Shown in pieces: positions 39,274 to 48,378 of a DNA stretch of 64,000 nt. The stretch spans positions 509,880 to 573,879 of the forward strand of contig OZ007020.1 of the NCBI GenBank assembly GCA_963931495.1. Reading direction: 5' to 3'. A model generated the notes under the pieces. That model ran no database searches, was not told the DNA's origin, and saw only the letters and a program-made list of their open reading frames with translations. Both the position numbers and the translations under genes were made by a program. Position 1 is the stretch's first letter. Each line of letters begins with the position of its first letter. Source of the stretch: an uncultured Alphaproteobacteria bacterium (GTDB lineage: Bacteria; Pseudomonadota; Alphaproteobacteria; Rs-D84).

Positions 39274-39347
39274 TTAATCCCCTGGTTATCTGTATCAGTA
39301 ATGTAATCATATTCATAATGATTGGGCAAGGGCGGAAAAAAGTTTTA

Positions 39348-39376
39348 TTGAATTTTTTGCAGTAAGTGATTATAAT
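39348..39376 (+). promoter_or_regulatory. Near-consensus sigma70 promoter (TTGAAT, 17 nt, TATAAT) for the downstream membrane protein gene.
   Basis: ttgaat at 39348..39353, a 17-nt spacer, and tataat at 39371..39376. Confidence 0.55.
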
Positions 39377-39404
39377 GATTAGGTACATACAAAGGGGGGG
39401 ATTT

Positions 39405-40052
39405 ATGCCAAAAGCAAAAAAATCAAATGCGAAAACAAGTACGCGTGTAAAAGCAACGCGTGCAACGCGTCGTACGTCGGCAAATCCGATTGCGACATCT
39501 ATTAAACGTTTGTATAACAAAAGTGCGCCGTTGTTGATATGCGAAGCATTGCTGTTTGGCGTCGTGGCGGTATTGATGGTATTGATGCCGGTTACATTTC
39601 TAAAAGCGTTAACAGTTATTGTTGGCGTTGGTTTAATCTTGTTCGGATTATATCGCACCATTGCCGGATTTGTCGTGTCGCGTGACATGGGTGGCGGATG
39701 GTTTGATGTTCTGTTCGGATTGTTGGGGGTCGTGCTGGGGGTACTGTTCTGTATATATCCGGCGAGTTCGGCAATCAGTTTGGTGTACATATTTGTCGTG
39801 CTGTTCTTGTTCCGGTCACTGTTGTCGTTGATATTCTCGGTCAATATGATACGCGCAAAGTTTGGACATTATTGGGTTGATTTAGTTATGTCAATTATAC
39901 TGATTGCGCTGGCGGTGTTCTTGCTGTTTTATCCAATGGCCGGTGCGGTTGTGATGATATACTATTTAGCGGTTACGTTGTTGTTGTATGCAATCGCAGA
40001 TGTGTACATGTACATTGAAATATTACGATTGAAAAAGTTAGTGAATGATTAG
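39405..40052 (+). CDS. HdeD/DUF308-like polytopic membrane protein.
   Basis: It has six predicted transmembrane helices, a Lys/Arg-rich N-terminus, and a strong ribosome-binding site (GGGGGGA). It overlaps the spurious N-terminal extension of the rmlC track ORF. Confidence 0.6.
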   Translation: MPKAKKSNAKTSTRVKATRATRRTSANPIATSIKRLYNKSAPLLICEALLFGVVAVLMVLMPVTFLKALTVIVGVGLILFGLYRTIAGFVVSRDMGGGWFDVLFGLLGVVLGVLFCIYPASSAISLVYIFVVLFLFRSLLSLIFSVNMIRAKFGHYWVDLVMSIILIALAVFLLFYPMAGAVVMIYYLAVTLLLYAIADVYMYIEILRLKKLVND

Positions 40053-40057
40053 CAAAA

Positions 40058-40086
40058 ATCGCCCGTTCGGGCGATTTTTTATTGTT
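40058..40086 (+). terminator. Rho-independent terminator.
   Basis: Hairpin tcgccc-gttc-gggcga followed by ttttttatt. Confidence 0.7.
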
Positions 40087-40088
40087 TC

Positions 40089-40165
40089 TGGCGCGCCCTG
40101 CAGGATTCGAACCTGCGACCTGCGGATTAGAAATCCGATGCTCTATCCAGCTGAGCTAAGGGCGC
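40089..40165 (-). tRNA. tRNA-Arg (anticodon UCU).
   Basis: The reverse complement gives gcgccct ta gctc agctggata gagc a tcgga tttctaa tccgc aggtc gcagg ttcgaat cctgc agggcgc g cca. Anticodon TCT. Confidence 0.88.
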
Positions 40166-40297
40166 GTTGCGCATATTCTATATTATAAATGCGGTAAATT
40201 CAAGTCTGGGGATTAATATTATTTTAAGAAATCGTTCCTGGGGCGGGGCGGCACATGGCGTGGTATAATAGACGTATACAAAACAAGGGAGTTTTTT

Positions 40298-40768
40298 ATG
40301 AAAAAATTTTGGTTGTTTATTTTGGCCGTCGTTATTTCTTTTGTGCCAGGAATTATCGGAATATTTTTTACACCAACGGGGGCGTCTGATGTTTGGTATA
40401 ATGCGCTGAACAAGCCGATGTTGATGCCGGATGGATGGGTGTTTGCGGTTATATGGCCGATACTGTATTTATTACTGGGTATCGCGTTGTATTTGATTAT
40501 TGTTGATAAAACACGTTTCAGCAAGACGACATCATATGTCTTGTTTGGGGCCCAGATGGTGTTGAATGCATTATGGACATATTTGTTCTTTGGGTTAAAT
40601 CTGACAGGTATTGCGTTATTGATTATAATTACGCTGATTGGATTCAGTATATGGATGATGATAGAATTTAAGAAAATCAGCCGCCCGGCATTTTATCTGG
40701 TGTGGCCGTATATAATATGGTTGGCGTTCGCGCTGTATTTGAATGGTGTTGTTGTATTTTTGAACTAA
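40298..40768 (+). CDS. tspO: TspO/MBR tryptophan-rich sensory protein.
   Basis: Five transmembrane helices and the TspO signatures WYNALNKP, PPDGWVFAVIWPILY and Trp-rich loops. Length is 156 aa. Confidence 0.85.
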   Translation: MKKFWLFILAVVISFVPGIIGIFFTPTGASDVWYNALNKPMLMPDGWVFAVIWPILYLLLGIALYLIIVDKTRFSKTTSYVLFGAQMVLNALWTYLFFGLNLTGIALLIIITLIGFSIWMMIEFKKISRPAFYLVWPYIIWLAFALYLNGVVVFLN

Positions 40769-40797
40769 ATCAACCGGCCACCAGAAATGGTGGCTGG

Positions 40798-41133
40798 TTA
40801 TATCTTTAATATTCTGATATCAGGGTCGCCGATATTCAGATATTTTAATCCCAATTCTTCAACGTAATCTGGGCTGTATCCCTGTAATAATTCAATGTGG
40901 CGGTTTATTCGGTTTAATTTTTCCTGTTCGGTGGCCAATTGGGTCTGTTCATTATCCAGACGCCATATGTTCATGACAAATTGTTGTACGTTTTCTTCGC
41001 CCATGAACATACGAACAAACATTATTGCCGCGAAAATCACCGCCACAATACCAATCTTGCCACGAATGCCGCCCGTCCATGCGTGACCAATAAAAGTAAA
41101 GAATTTTTTGATTTTTTCCTTCATCGGTGGCAT
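40798..41133 (-). CDS. ftsB: Cell division protein FtsB/DivIC-like (septum formation initiator).
   Basis: A single transmembrane helix followed by a coiled coil (RLDNEQTQLATEQEKLNRINRHIELL), about 100 aa. Confidence 0.7.
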   Translation of the reverse strand: MPPMKEKIKKFFTFIGHAWTGGIRGKIGIVAVIFAAIMFVRMFMGEENVQQFVMNIWRLDNEQTQLATEQEKLNRINRHIELLQGYSPDYVEELGLKYLNIGDPDIRILKI

Positions 41134-42067
41134 TATATCACAAATGTTTGCGAATAATCAAATTTTTGGTGCACCGTTGGCCGGAATTACAGACAAACCG
41201 TTTCGGCGGATCGTGCGTATGTTTGCGCCAGGGGTTCCACTGTATACAGAAATGATTTCGTGTCATTCGTTGGTCGGTGGACATAAAAACTGTTTGCGCA
41301 ATTTTGACAGATATGATGACGAAGGAAATATTGGCGCCCAGATTTTTGGTGCACGTCCTGATTTAATGGCGGATGCGGCAAAAATCTTGCAAGACAGCGG
41401 GGCAACATGGATTGATATAAATATGGGATGTCCGGTGCCAAAGGTGGCCACGCGCAGTGGGGCCGGGGCAAATCTGATGCGCGATCATAAATTGGCTGAA
41501 CGGATTATGCGGGCTGTGGTACAGTCTGTTCAGATTCCGGTGTCAATAAAAACGCGTTTGGGGTGGGATGATGCGCATCGTGACTGGGCGGATTTAATTC
41601 AAATTGCGGCGGATTGCGGGGTGCGGTTTGCCGCATTACATGGGCGTACGCGGGCACAGTTATATTCAGGGCAATCGGTGTTACCAAAACTGGAAAATAT
41701 GCCCATACCAATAATTGGCAATGGGGATATAAAAGACAGCACAGATGTGGCGCGTGTGCGGGAAATCGGATATTCTGGCGCTATGATTGGGCGTGCGATG
41801 CTGGGGCGCCCATGGATTTTGGGGCAATTGTCTGGCGTTTATGATGTGCCAAAAAATATTGGATTGGTTGTGTTGCGGCATTTGGAATATATGCGTAAAT
41901 ATTATGGCGACGGGGCCGCTGTGCCGATGTTTCGCAAGCATGTGGCCTGGTATTCGGCGGGACAACCGAATTCATCAGAATTCCGAATTCGTGTTAATTC
42001 AATCACAGATGTAAATGAACTGGTTTCGGAAATTTGTAAATTTTGGGGTTGCGAAGTGGATGTATAG
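41108..42067 (+). CDS. dus: tRNA-dihydrouridine synthase.
   Basis: A Dus TIM-barrel with APLAGITDKPFRR, the catalytic Cys region NMGCPVPKV and an FMN-binding motif. The start is ambiguous (TTG at 41108 or ATG at 41144). Confidence 0.85.
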   Translation: MIFSFIGGIISQMFANNQIFGAPLAGITDKPFRRIVRMFAPGVPLYTEMISCHSLVGGHKNCLRNFDRYDDEGNIGAQIFGARPDLMADAAKILQDSGATWIDINMGCPVPKVATRSGAGANLMRDHKLAERIMRAVVQSVQIPVSIKTRLGWDDAHRDWADLIQIAADCGVRFAALHGRTRAQLYSGQSVLPKLENMPIPIIGNGDIKDSTDVARVREIGYSGAMIGRAMLGRPWILGQLSGVYDVPKNIGLVVLRHLEYMRKYYGDGAAVPMFRKHVAWYSAGQPNSSEFRIRVNSITDVNELVSEICKFWGCEVDV

Positions 42068-42102
42068 ATTCTATGATTGGTAAAACAGCAGGGGATATAA
42101 TT

Positions 42103-42951
42103 ATGACGGAAAATATTAATAATTCAGAAATGTCGGTTGGTGAAATATTGCGTAATGCCCGTACCACAGGGCGCAGAAAACGCGAATTGCAAACAATTGC
42201 AAAGCAACTGTGTATTCGTGAAGAATTTTTGCAGGCATTGGAAGATGGAAATTACAAGGTAATACCAGAAACTGTTTATATATTGGGTTTTGCGCGTAAC
42301 TATGCGATGGAACTGGGGCTGGAACCGGATGAAATTGTTGCAAAAATAAAACGCGAAATGGGAATTGCGCCTGAATGTGACGATGATGATGGAAAAAAAG
42401 AACCTGGGTGTGAATTACCAGATAACACGAATAATACAAATAATGCGAACCATAAGTTTATTGATGGCATAAAAAAGTCAATGAAATATGTTCGGCGTCA
42501 TTGGATTTGGTTCACAGCGGGGGCAGTTGTGCTTATTGCGCTGGTCGGGGGGGCAATGTTAGCAGGGGCACCGTCTGGCGAAGTAACGTCTGAAACACCG
42601 GTGGTAATTGATATCGCGGAAACCGCAACCAATGATGCGGATGTTGAATATACTGTCGCAGTGCGGGAACGTTTCGGTACGGAAAACAGTGAAAATGCCG
42701 ATGTTATTTTACAGGCAACCCAAGATTCGTGGGTTGAAATCAAGGATCGGGGTGGTGATACGATATTCGGTCGTGTTTTGGTTCCTGGGGATGTGTATTA
42801 TGTCCCGTCGGGTAACGGATATTCGGCAACATTTGGAAACGCCGGGGGTATTGATGTGTGGGTGAATGGAAAATTGGCACCAAAGCAGGGCGATGAACAT
42901 GTCCGTAAGTCCGGAATATCATTAAACCCGTCTGATTTAGTATCTGAATAG
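42103..42951 (+). CDS. rodZ: RodZ-like cytoskeleton protein (HTH_XRE N-terminus plus a DUF4115-like C-terminus).
   Basis: It has an N-terminal HTH ([26 protein letters not shown]), a transmembrane segment ([21 protein letters not shown]), a periplasmic C-terminal domain, and an AGGGGA ribosome-binding site. Confidence 0.72.
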   Translation: MTENINNSEMSVGEILRNARTTGRRKRELQTIAKQLCIREEFLQALEDGNYKVIPETVYILGFARNYAMELGLEPDEIVAKIKREMGIAPECDDDDGKKEPGCELPDNTNNTNNANHKFIDGIKKSMKYVRRHWIWFTAGAVVLIALVGGAMLAGAPSGEVTSETPVVIDIAETATNDADVEYTVAVRERFGTENSENADVILQATQDSWVEIKDRGGDTIFGRVLVPGDVYYVPSGNGYSATFGNAGGIDVWVNGKLAPKQGDEHVRKSGISLNPSDLVSE

Positions 42952-42954
42952 TAA

Positions 42955-42992
42955 TATATAGGTGGGCGAAAAGATTTTTCGCCCATTATGTT
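42955..42992 (+). terminator. Rho-independent terminator after rodZ.
   Basis: Hairpin gggcgaaaag-att-tttcgccc followed by att. Confidence 0.6.
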
Positions 42993-43028
42993 GAAAATTG
43001 TAATAATTTCTCTATATTTACTTTTGCT

Positions 43029-45875
43029 ATGGCTGGAATTATAAAGATTCGCGGTGCACGCGAAAATAATCTTAAGAATATTGATTTGGACATACCAAAA
43101 AATAAGTTGGTGGTCTTGACTGGTGTGTCTGGGTCGGGTAAATCGTCACTGGCGTTCAATACCATTTATGCCGAAGGCCAGCGCAGATACGTTGAATCAC
43201 TGTCGTCGTATGCGCGCCAGTTTTTGGATATGCAAAAAAAGCCAGATGTTGATTTAATAGAAGGATTGTCCCCGGCAATTTCAATTGAACAAAAAACAAC
43301 GTCAAAAAATCCGCGTTCTACGGTCGGGACGGTCACGGAAATTTATGATTATTTACGATTATTGTGGGCGCGAATCGGTGTGCCACATTCGCCCGTAACA
43401 GGTTTGCCGATTAAGTCACAAACAATCCCAGAAATGGTTGATTGGACAATGAAAATCCCATCTGGGACAAAAATTTTTATCATGGCGCCATTGATACGTG
43501 AACGCAAAGGCGAATATCGTAAAGAATTGGCGTTTTTAGTAAAACAGGGGTATCAGCGCGCAATAATTGATGGTGAATTGTATGATTTGTCGGCGGTGCC
43601 ACCGTTGGATAAAAATAAAAAGCACACAATATTTGTCATTGTTGATAGATTACAGATGCCGGCGCCGGATATATCCGAATCTGATATGGAAGAATTTCGG
43701 TCGCGCATGTTTGCGTCTTTTGAAGGTTCGTTGCGTTTGGTCCCAGGTTCTGTGTTGGTGCGTCGTTTGGATACAAATGAAGATATATTATATTCCCAGA
43801 ATTACGCGTGCCCCGTCAGTGGATTTACTGTACCGAAGATAGAACCAAGATTGTTTTCTTTTAATGCGCCGATGGGGGCGTGCCAGGCATGCGATGGACT
43901 GGGGGTGCAATTAAATATGTCGCCAGATTTGGTGATTCCTGACCCGTCAAAGTCTATATTGGATGGCGCAATTGCACCGTGGTCGCGTGGCGGAATGCTT
44001 AGCCAGTTTGATCACTTGTTGGACGCGTTACACAAAAAGTATAAAATACCGTTGTCAAAACCGTGGCACACACTGACACAGCAACAGAAAGATATTATAT
44101 TGTACGGCAGTGGTGATGAACCGATAAAGATAAACTGGAACGGATTCGTGTATGAAAAACCGTACGAGGGTGTAATTCCAAACATTGAACGTCGTTGGCG
44201 CGAATCGGATTCCGAAGCTGTACGTGCAGAATTGGCCAAGTATCAATCGGAAAAACCATGCCCGGTATGTCATGGTAAGCGTTTGAATATCCAGGCATTA
44301 TGTGTGAAAATTTATGGGTTGGATATTATGGATGCGTGTGATATGGCGGTGGATCAATCACTGGAATGGTTCACAAATTTGCCCCAGCATTTAACACAAA
44401 AAGAAAATGATATTGCCCGGGTGATATTGCGTGAAATTACCAGTCGTTTGCAATTCTTGAAAAATGTTGGATTAGGTTATTTAACATTGTCGCGCATGTC
44501 GGGCACTTTGTCCGGCGGTGAAGCACAACGTATACGCCTGGCGTCCCAGATTGGCAGTGGGTTGTCAGGCGTCTTGTATGTGTTGGATGAACCATCAATC
44601 GGATTACATCAGAGTGATAATGATAAATTGCTGGATACGTTGAAAACGCTGCGTGACAAAGATAATACGGTTATTGTCGTTGAACATGACGAAGATGCGA
44701 TGCGGGCCGCAGATTATTTGGTTGATATTGGGCCGGGGGCTGGTATTAATGGTGGGCGCGTGGTTGCCGCCGGTACGCCAGAACAAGTTATTAAAAATAA
44801 AGATTCGCTGACTGGGCAATATTTATCCGGCAAGCGTAAAATTGATGTGCCAAAGAAACGTCGTCCTGGGAATGGCCATGTTATTTCTGTCCAAGGGGCA
44901 CGTGAAAATAATTTGAAAAACATTAATGTTGATTTTCCGTTGGGGAAATTTATCGCGCTGACTGGTGTGTCTGGGTCGGGTAAATCAACACTGTTATTGG
45001 ATACGTTATATCCAGCATTGATGCGGGCATTGTATAATTCTAAAATGCCAATGGGGGCGCATGATATTATTCGTGGTATGGAATATGTGGATAAAGTGGT
45101 TGATATTGATCAATCGCCAATTGGGCGAACCCCACGCAGTAACCCAGCCACTTATACAGGTGTGTTTTCAAATATTCGTGACTTTTTTGCCGGATTGCCC
45201 GAAGCCAAGGCGCGTGGATATGGACCGGGACGCTTTTCTTTTAATGTCAAAGGTGGCCGATGCGAAGCGTGCCAGGGTGATGGCCAGATAAAGATAGAGA
45301 TGAATTTCTTGGCCGATGTATATGTAGAATGCGATAAATGTCATGGTGCGCGGTATAATGATGAAACGCTGGCGGTGAAGTACAAGGGTAAATCTATTGC
45401 CGACGTGCTAAATATGACTGTTGAAGAAGCGTACAGATTTTTTGCCAATGTTCCAGCAATTGCACGAAAATTAGAATTACTGAAACGCGTCGGATTAGAC
45501 TATATCAAACTGGGGCAGAGTTCGTTGGATTTATCCGGGGGGGAAGCCCAGCGTATTAAATTATCTAAAGAACTGGCCGCACGCAGTACAGGTCAGACGA
45601 TTTATATACTGGATGAACCGACAACAGGATTGCATTTTGCAGATATAAAGTTGCTGTTGTCGGTGTTGCACGAACTGGTTGACCAGGGTAACACTGTCAT
45701 TGTCATAGAACATAATTTAGAAGTAATTAAAACCGCCGATTGGATTGTTGATTTGGGACCTGCGGGTGGCGCCGGTGGCGGGCGTGTTATTGCAACCGGC
45801 ACACCAGAACAAGTGGCGGATAATCATGAATCTTTAACAGGAAAATATTTGCGAAAGTACCTGGGGATGAATTAA
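43029..45875 (+). CDS. uvrA: Excinuclease ABC subunit A.
   Basis: Length is 948 aa. It has two ABC modules ([10 protein letters not shown] and [10 protein letters not shown]), zinc fingers (CPVCHGKRL and CEACQGDGQ), and two LSGGEAQR signatures. Confidence 0.95.
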   Translation: MAGIIKIRGARENNLKNIDLDIPKNKLVVLTGVSGSGKSSLAFNTIYAEGQRRYVESLSSYARQFLDMQKKPDVDLIEGLSPAISIEQKTTSKNPRSTVGTVTEIYDYLRLLWARIGVPHSPVTGLPIKSQTIPEMVDWTMKIPSGTKIFIMAPLIRERKGEYRKELAFLVKQGYQRAIIDGELYDLSAVPPLDKNKKHTIFVIVDRLQMPAPDISESDMEEFRSRMFASFEGSLRLVPGSVLVRRLDTNEDILYSQNYACPVSGFTVPKIEPRLFSFNAPMGACQACDGLGVQLNMSPDLVIPDPSKSILDGAIAPWSRGGMLSQFDHLLDALHKKYKIPLSKPWHTLTQQQKDIILYGSGDEPIKINWNGFVYEKPYEGVIPNIERRWRESDSEAVRAELAKYQSEKPCPVCHGKRLNIQALCVKIYGLDIMDACDMAVDQSLEWFTNLPQHLTQKENDIARVILREITSRLQFLKNVGLGYLTLSRMSGTLSGGEAQRIRLASQIGSGLSGVLYVLDEPSIGLHQSDNDKLLDTLKTLRDKDNTVIVVEHDEDAMRAADYLVDIGPGAGINGGRVVAAGTPEQVIKNKDSLTGQYLSGKRKIDVPKKRRPGNGHVISVQGARENNLKNINVDFPLGKFIALTGVSGSGKSTLLLDTLYPALMRALYNSKMPMGAHDIIRGMEYVDKVVDIDQSPIGRTPRSNPATYTGVFSNIRDFFAGLPEAKARGYGPGRFSFNVKGGRCEACQGDGQIKIEMNFLADVYVECDKCHGARYNDETLAVKYKGKSIADVLNMTVEEAYRFFANVPAIARKLELLKRVGLDYIKLGQSSLDLSGGEAQRIKLSKELAARSTGQTIYILDEPTTGLHFADIKLLLSVLHELVDQGNTVIVIEHNLEVIKTADWIVDLGPAGGAGGGRVIATGTPEQVADNHESLTGKYLRKYLGMN

Positions 45876-45908
45876 AATTAATAAAATTACAGCACAAGGA
45901 GAAAACAA

Positions 45909-46439
45909 ATGTTTGGATTTGGAAAAAAGAAAGAAAAAAAACAGGAAAATGTATTGAATAATACAAATGCTGAAATAAATGAAAAAGATTTAGAAAAACT
46001 GGAAGCGAAAATGCCCAGTGGTATGAAAGAAAGCGCCCAGCGCATGATGTCGGGACAATTTGATATGAATGACATGTTGGCCCAACTGAAACAAATTAAG
46101 AAAATGAGCAATTTCAGCGGGTTGTTGAAAATGGTGCCGGGAATGTCGGGCGCAGTTGCCGCAATGAAAGAAAAAATCAAAGATGGCAGTGTTGATGCGC
46201 AAATTAAAATTCTGGAAGCAATGACCGTTGCAGAACGTGCCGACCCAGAAAAAATATTTGCAAATGCAAAATCACGAATCGCAGAAACAGCCGGGTGCAC
46301 TGTGCGCGACGTTGAACATATTATCAAACAATATACTAAAATGCGCCAGCAAATGGCCATGGTTCAACGTATGGGCGGAATGGATGCAATCATGGCAAAA
46401 ATGCAACAACAACCAGGCCCAGGGGCGAAAAAGTTATAA
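45909..46439 (+). CDS. Stand-alone SRP54 (Ffh) M-domain protein. No NG GTPase domain is attached.
   Basis: FDMNDMLAQLKQIKKMSNFSGLLKMVPGMSG...AMTVAERADPEKI...AETAGCTVRDVEHIIKQYTKMRQQM aligns residue for residue with the E. coli Ffh M-domain (FDLNDFLEQLRQMKNMGGMASLMGKLPGMG...SMTMKERAKPEII...AAGSGMQVQDVNRLLKQFDDMQRMM). The ORF starts about 30 nt after the uvrA stop. Confidence 0.7.
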   Translation: MFGFGKKKEKKQENVLNNTNAEINEKDLEKLEAKMPSGMKESAQRMMSGQFDMNDMLAQLKQIKKMSNFSGLLKMVPGMSGAVAAMKEKIKDGSVDAQIKILEAMTVAERADPEKIFANAKSRIAETAGCTVRDVEHIIKQYTKMRQQMAMVQRMGGMDAIMAKMQQQPGPGAKKL

Positions 46440-46442
46440 TAT

Positions 46443-46718
46443 ATGAATTTGCGAAAAATATTTGATTGGACACCCGTCGCAGTCAAGGCACCGCGGCCAC
46501 GTTATGAAAAGTATGATTCTGTATCAGAACGTATTGTGGCGGGTTATGTTGTTGAAATAGAATATTTATATCATGGCCATCGTGATGTATTCTTTCCGAA
46601 TCTGTCGGATATCAAGGATACAGTGGATGGTAATCGGCGTTCGTTAAGAAAGGCGATAGTATTCTATAAAAAAACTAGGAACAAAATAAATTCACAACGC
46701 AAAGGGGTACAGCGATGA
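46443..46718 (+). CDS. Small hypothetical protein, paralog 1 of a tandem pair.
   Basis: Length is 91 aa. It shares the pattern RKIFDW..V.V..P.P.Y.......AGY.V...Y.HHG....FF with the next ORF. Confidence 0.55.
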   Translation: MNLRKIFDWTPVAVKAPRPRYEKYDSVSERIVAGYVVEIEYLYHGHRDVFFPNLSDIKDTVDGNRRSLRKAIVFYKKTRNKINSQRKGVQR

Positions 46719-46993
46719 ATATAAATGTCCGAAAAATATTTGATTGGAATATTGTTGATGTGTCACAACCTGTGCCGGTGTACAGCGTTATGCCCATGGG
46801 TAACAGAAAATTGGCGGGATATACGGTGGCTTTGACATATCGGCATCATGGCACGACGTCAAAATTTTTTGATGCAGATTCAGAACGGTTATGGATGTTA
46901 TATCCAGATGGACCGTTGGGGGCCGCGCGCGAATATTATGAACAAGTTCTGCAACGCATGATGCTGCAATCATTAAAAGAAAAAACATTATGA
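46715..46993 (+). CDS. Small hypothetical protein, paralog 2 of a tandem pair.
   Basis: Length is 92 aa. It overlaps paralog 1 (ATGA) at its start and rlmE (ATGA) at its end. Confidence 0.55.
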   Translation: MNINVRKIFDWNIVDVSQPVPVYSVMPMGNRKLAGYTVALTYRHHGTTSKFFDADSERLWMLYPDGPLGAAREYYEQVLQRMMLQSLKEKTL

Positions 46994-47649
46994 AAATTTT
47001 GAATAAAAAAATTGCATCAAAAAAATCATCGGCGGCATGGATTCAGCGCCAAGCGGCAGACCCGTACGTTGCGCGGGCGCATCGTGACGGGTATCGGGCA
47101 CGTGCCGCATATAAATTGATTGAAATAAATGAAAAATATAAATTTTTGAAAAATGGCCAGGTTGTAGTTGACCTGGGGGCGGCACCGGGTTCGTGGTCGC
47201 AATATGTTATGCGTGCATTTCCGCGGTCGCGTGTGTTCGCCATGGATTTATTGGAAATTGCGCCAATACCTGGTGTGGATTTTTATCAGGGCGATTTTAC
47301 GTCGGATGACGCCTTGGACTGGTTGGTGCAAAAATTGAATTTGCCGACCGATGGTGTGTCACATGGAACAGTGGATGTTGTGTTGTCTGATATGGCACCG
47401 AATACGGTTGGACATAAAAAAACAGACCACATTCGGCAAATGGTGTTGCTGGAATATGCGTTTGATTTTGCATGCCGTGCATTAAAGCCCGGCGGTGTGT
47501 TTGTCGCAAAGTCTTTTACAGGCGGAACTACGGGTGATTTATTAAAGCAGATAAAAGAAAGATTTGAAACCGTTCATCATATAAAGCCTCCGGCTTCAAG
47601 GAAAGATTCAGTAGAGATGTTTATAGTGGCCCTTGGTTTTAAGGGATAA
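46990..47649 (+). CDS. rlmE: 23S rRNA (uridine-2'-O)-methyltransferase RlmE/FtsJ.
   Basis: It has the SAM motif VVDLGAAPGSWSQY and the RrmJ core RAAYKLIEINEKY. Length is 219 aa. Confidence 0.9.
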   Translation: MKILNKKIASKKSSAAWIQRQAADPYVARAHRDGYRARAAYKLIEINEKYKFLKNGQVVVDLGAAPGSWSQYVMRAFPRSRVFAMDLLEIAPIPGVDFYQGDFTSDDALDWLVQKLNLPTDGVSHGTVDVVLSDMAPNTVGHKKTDHIRQMVLLEYAFDFACRALKPGGVFVAKSFTGGTTGDLLKQIKERFETVHHIKPPASRKDSVEMFIVALGFKG

Positions 47650-47730
47650 TATTTTGATATTTTTATGGCTTGTATATAAATCTAAAATCTGATAAAATTA
47701 CCATTGTATTAAAAATGGTTAGAGAGAGAA

Positions 47731-48252
47731 ATGTTAAAAAAGTTACATTTTTTGATAGTGTCATTTAGTATTTTTTGCTTTTTGATACCGTTAAAATCTG
47801 CCATTGCCGATATTGCGTCCAAGGTATATGTGGATGATAGTTTGGCGGTTAAGGTTAATACGGCGGATTTGGCTGGGAAAATCGCAGACGCTGTCACTGG
47901 TAAAGAAGATATTGCTAATAAAGTAGCTAACTTTGACGGGGAATTGGCGGATAACACGAAGTATCCCAGTGCTTTGGCGGTAAAAAACGCATTGGCGTTA
48001 AAAGTAAATACGGCGGATTTGGCGACCCAGATTGCAAGTGCTATAACCGGCAAAGAAGACGTTTCAAATAAAGTTTCAGATTTAAGCGCCAGTTTTACTG
48101 ATAATACACAATACCCCAGTGCATTGGCTGTAAAGAATGCATTGGCAAACAAGGTTGATATAACGGCTGGAACGAATCAGACGTTAAGTGGGACTTATAC
48201 GGTGGCGGGGACATTATCTGTTAATACGCCGACTTTACCACCAGCGTCGTAA
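47731..48252 (+). CDS. Secreted protein with phage-tail-fibre-like repeats.
   Basis: It has a signal peptide and two 45-residue repeats of the form KVNTADLA..IA.A.TGKED..NKV.....F.DNT.YPSALAVKNALA, resembling the phage tail fibre repeat. Confidence 0.6.
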   Translation: MLKKLHFLIVSFSIFCFLIPLKSAIADIASKVYVDDSLAVKVNTADLAGKIADAVTGKEDIANKVANFDGELADNTKYPSALAVKNALALKVNTADLATQIASAITGKEDVSNKVSDLSASFTDNTQYPSALAVKNALANKVDITAGTNQTLSGTYTVAGTLSVNTPTLPPAS

Positions 48253-48378
48253 TAAAGTCGTTTAAATAAATCTATTCGGCGATTCGTTTTTCATATTTTG
48301 AAGTTTTCCCTTGCAAGGAAAAGTTGAAATATATTACAGTTAAGTAATAAGTATTGTTATTTATTGCAGGAAAGAGAA

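Noticed and set aside
38720-39844. 374-aa minus-strand ORF containing RmlC.
   Set aside because: Only the C-terminal 184 aa (from MNFIKTDIDG) are RmlC. The N-terminal extension is low-complexity and overlaps a well-supported plus-strand membrane-protein gene that has a consensus promoter and ribosome-binding site. It was annotated as rmlC 38720..39273.
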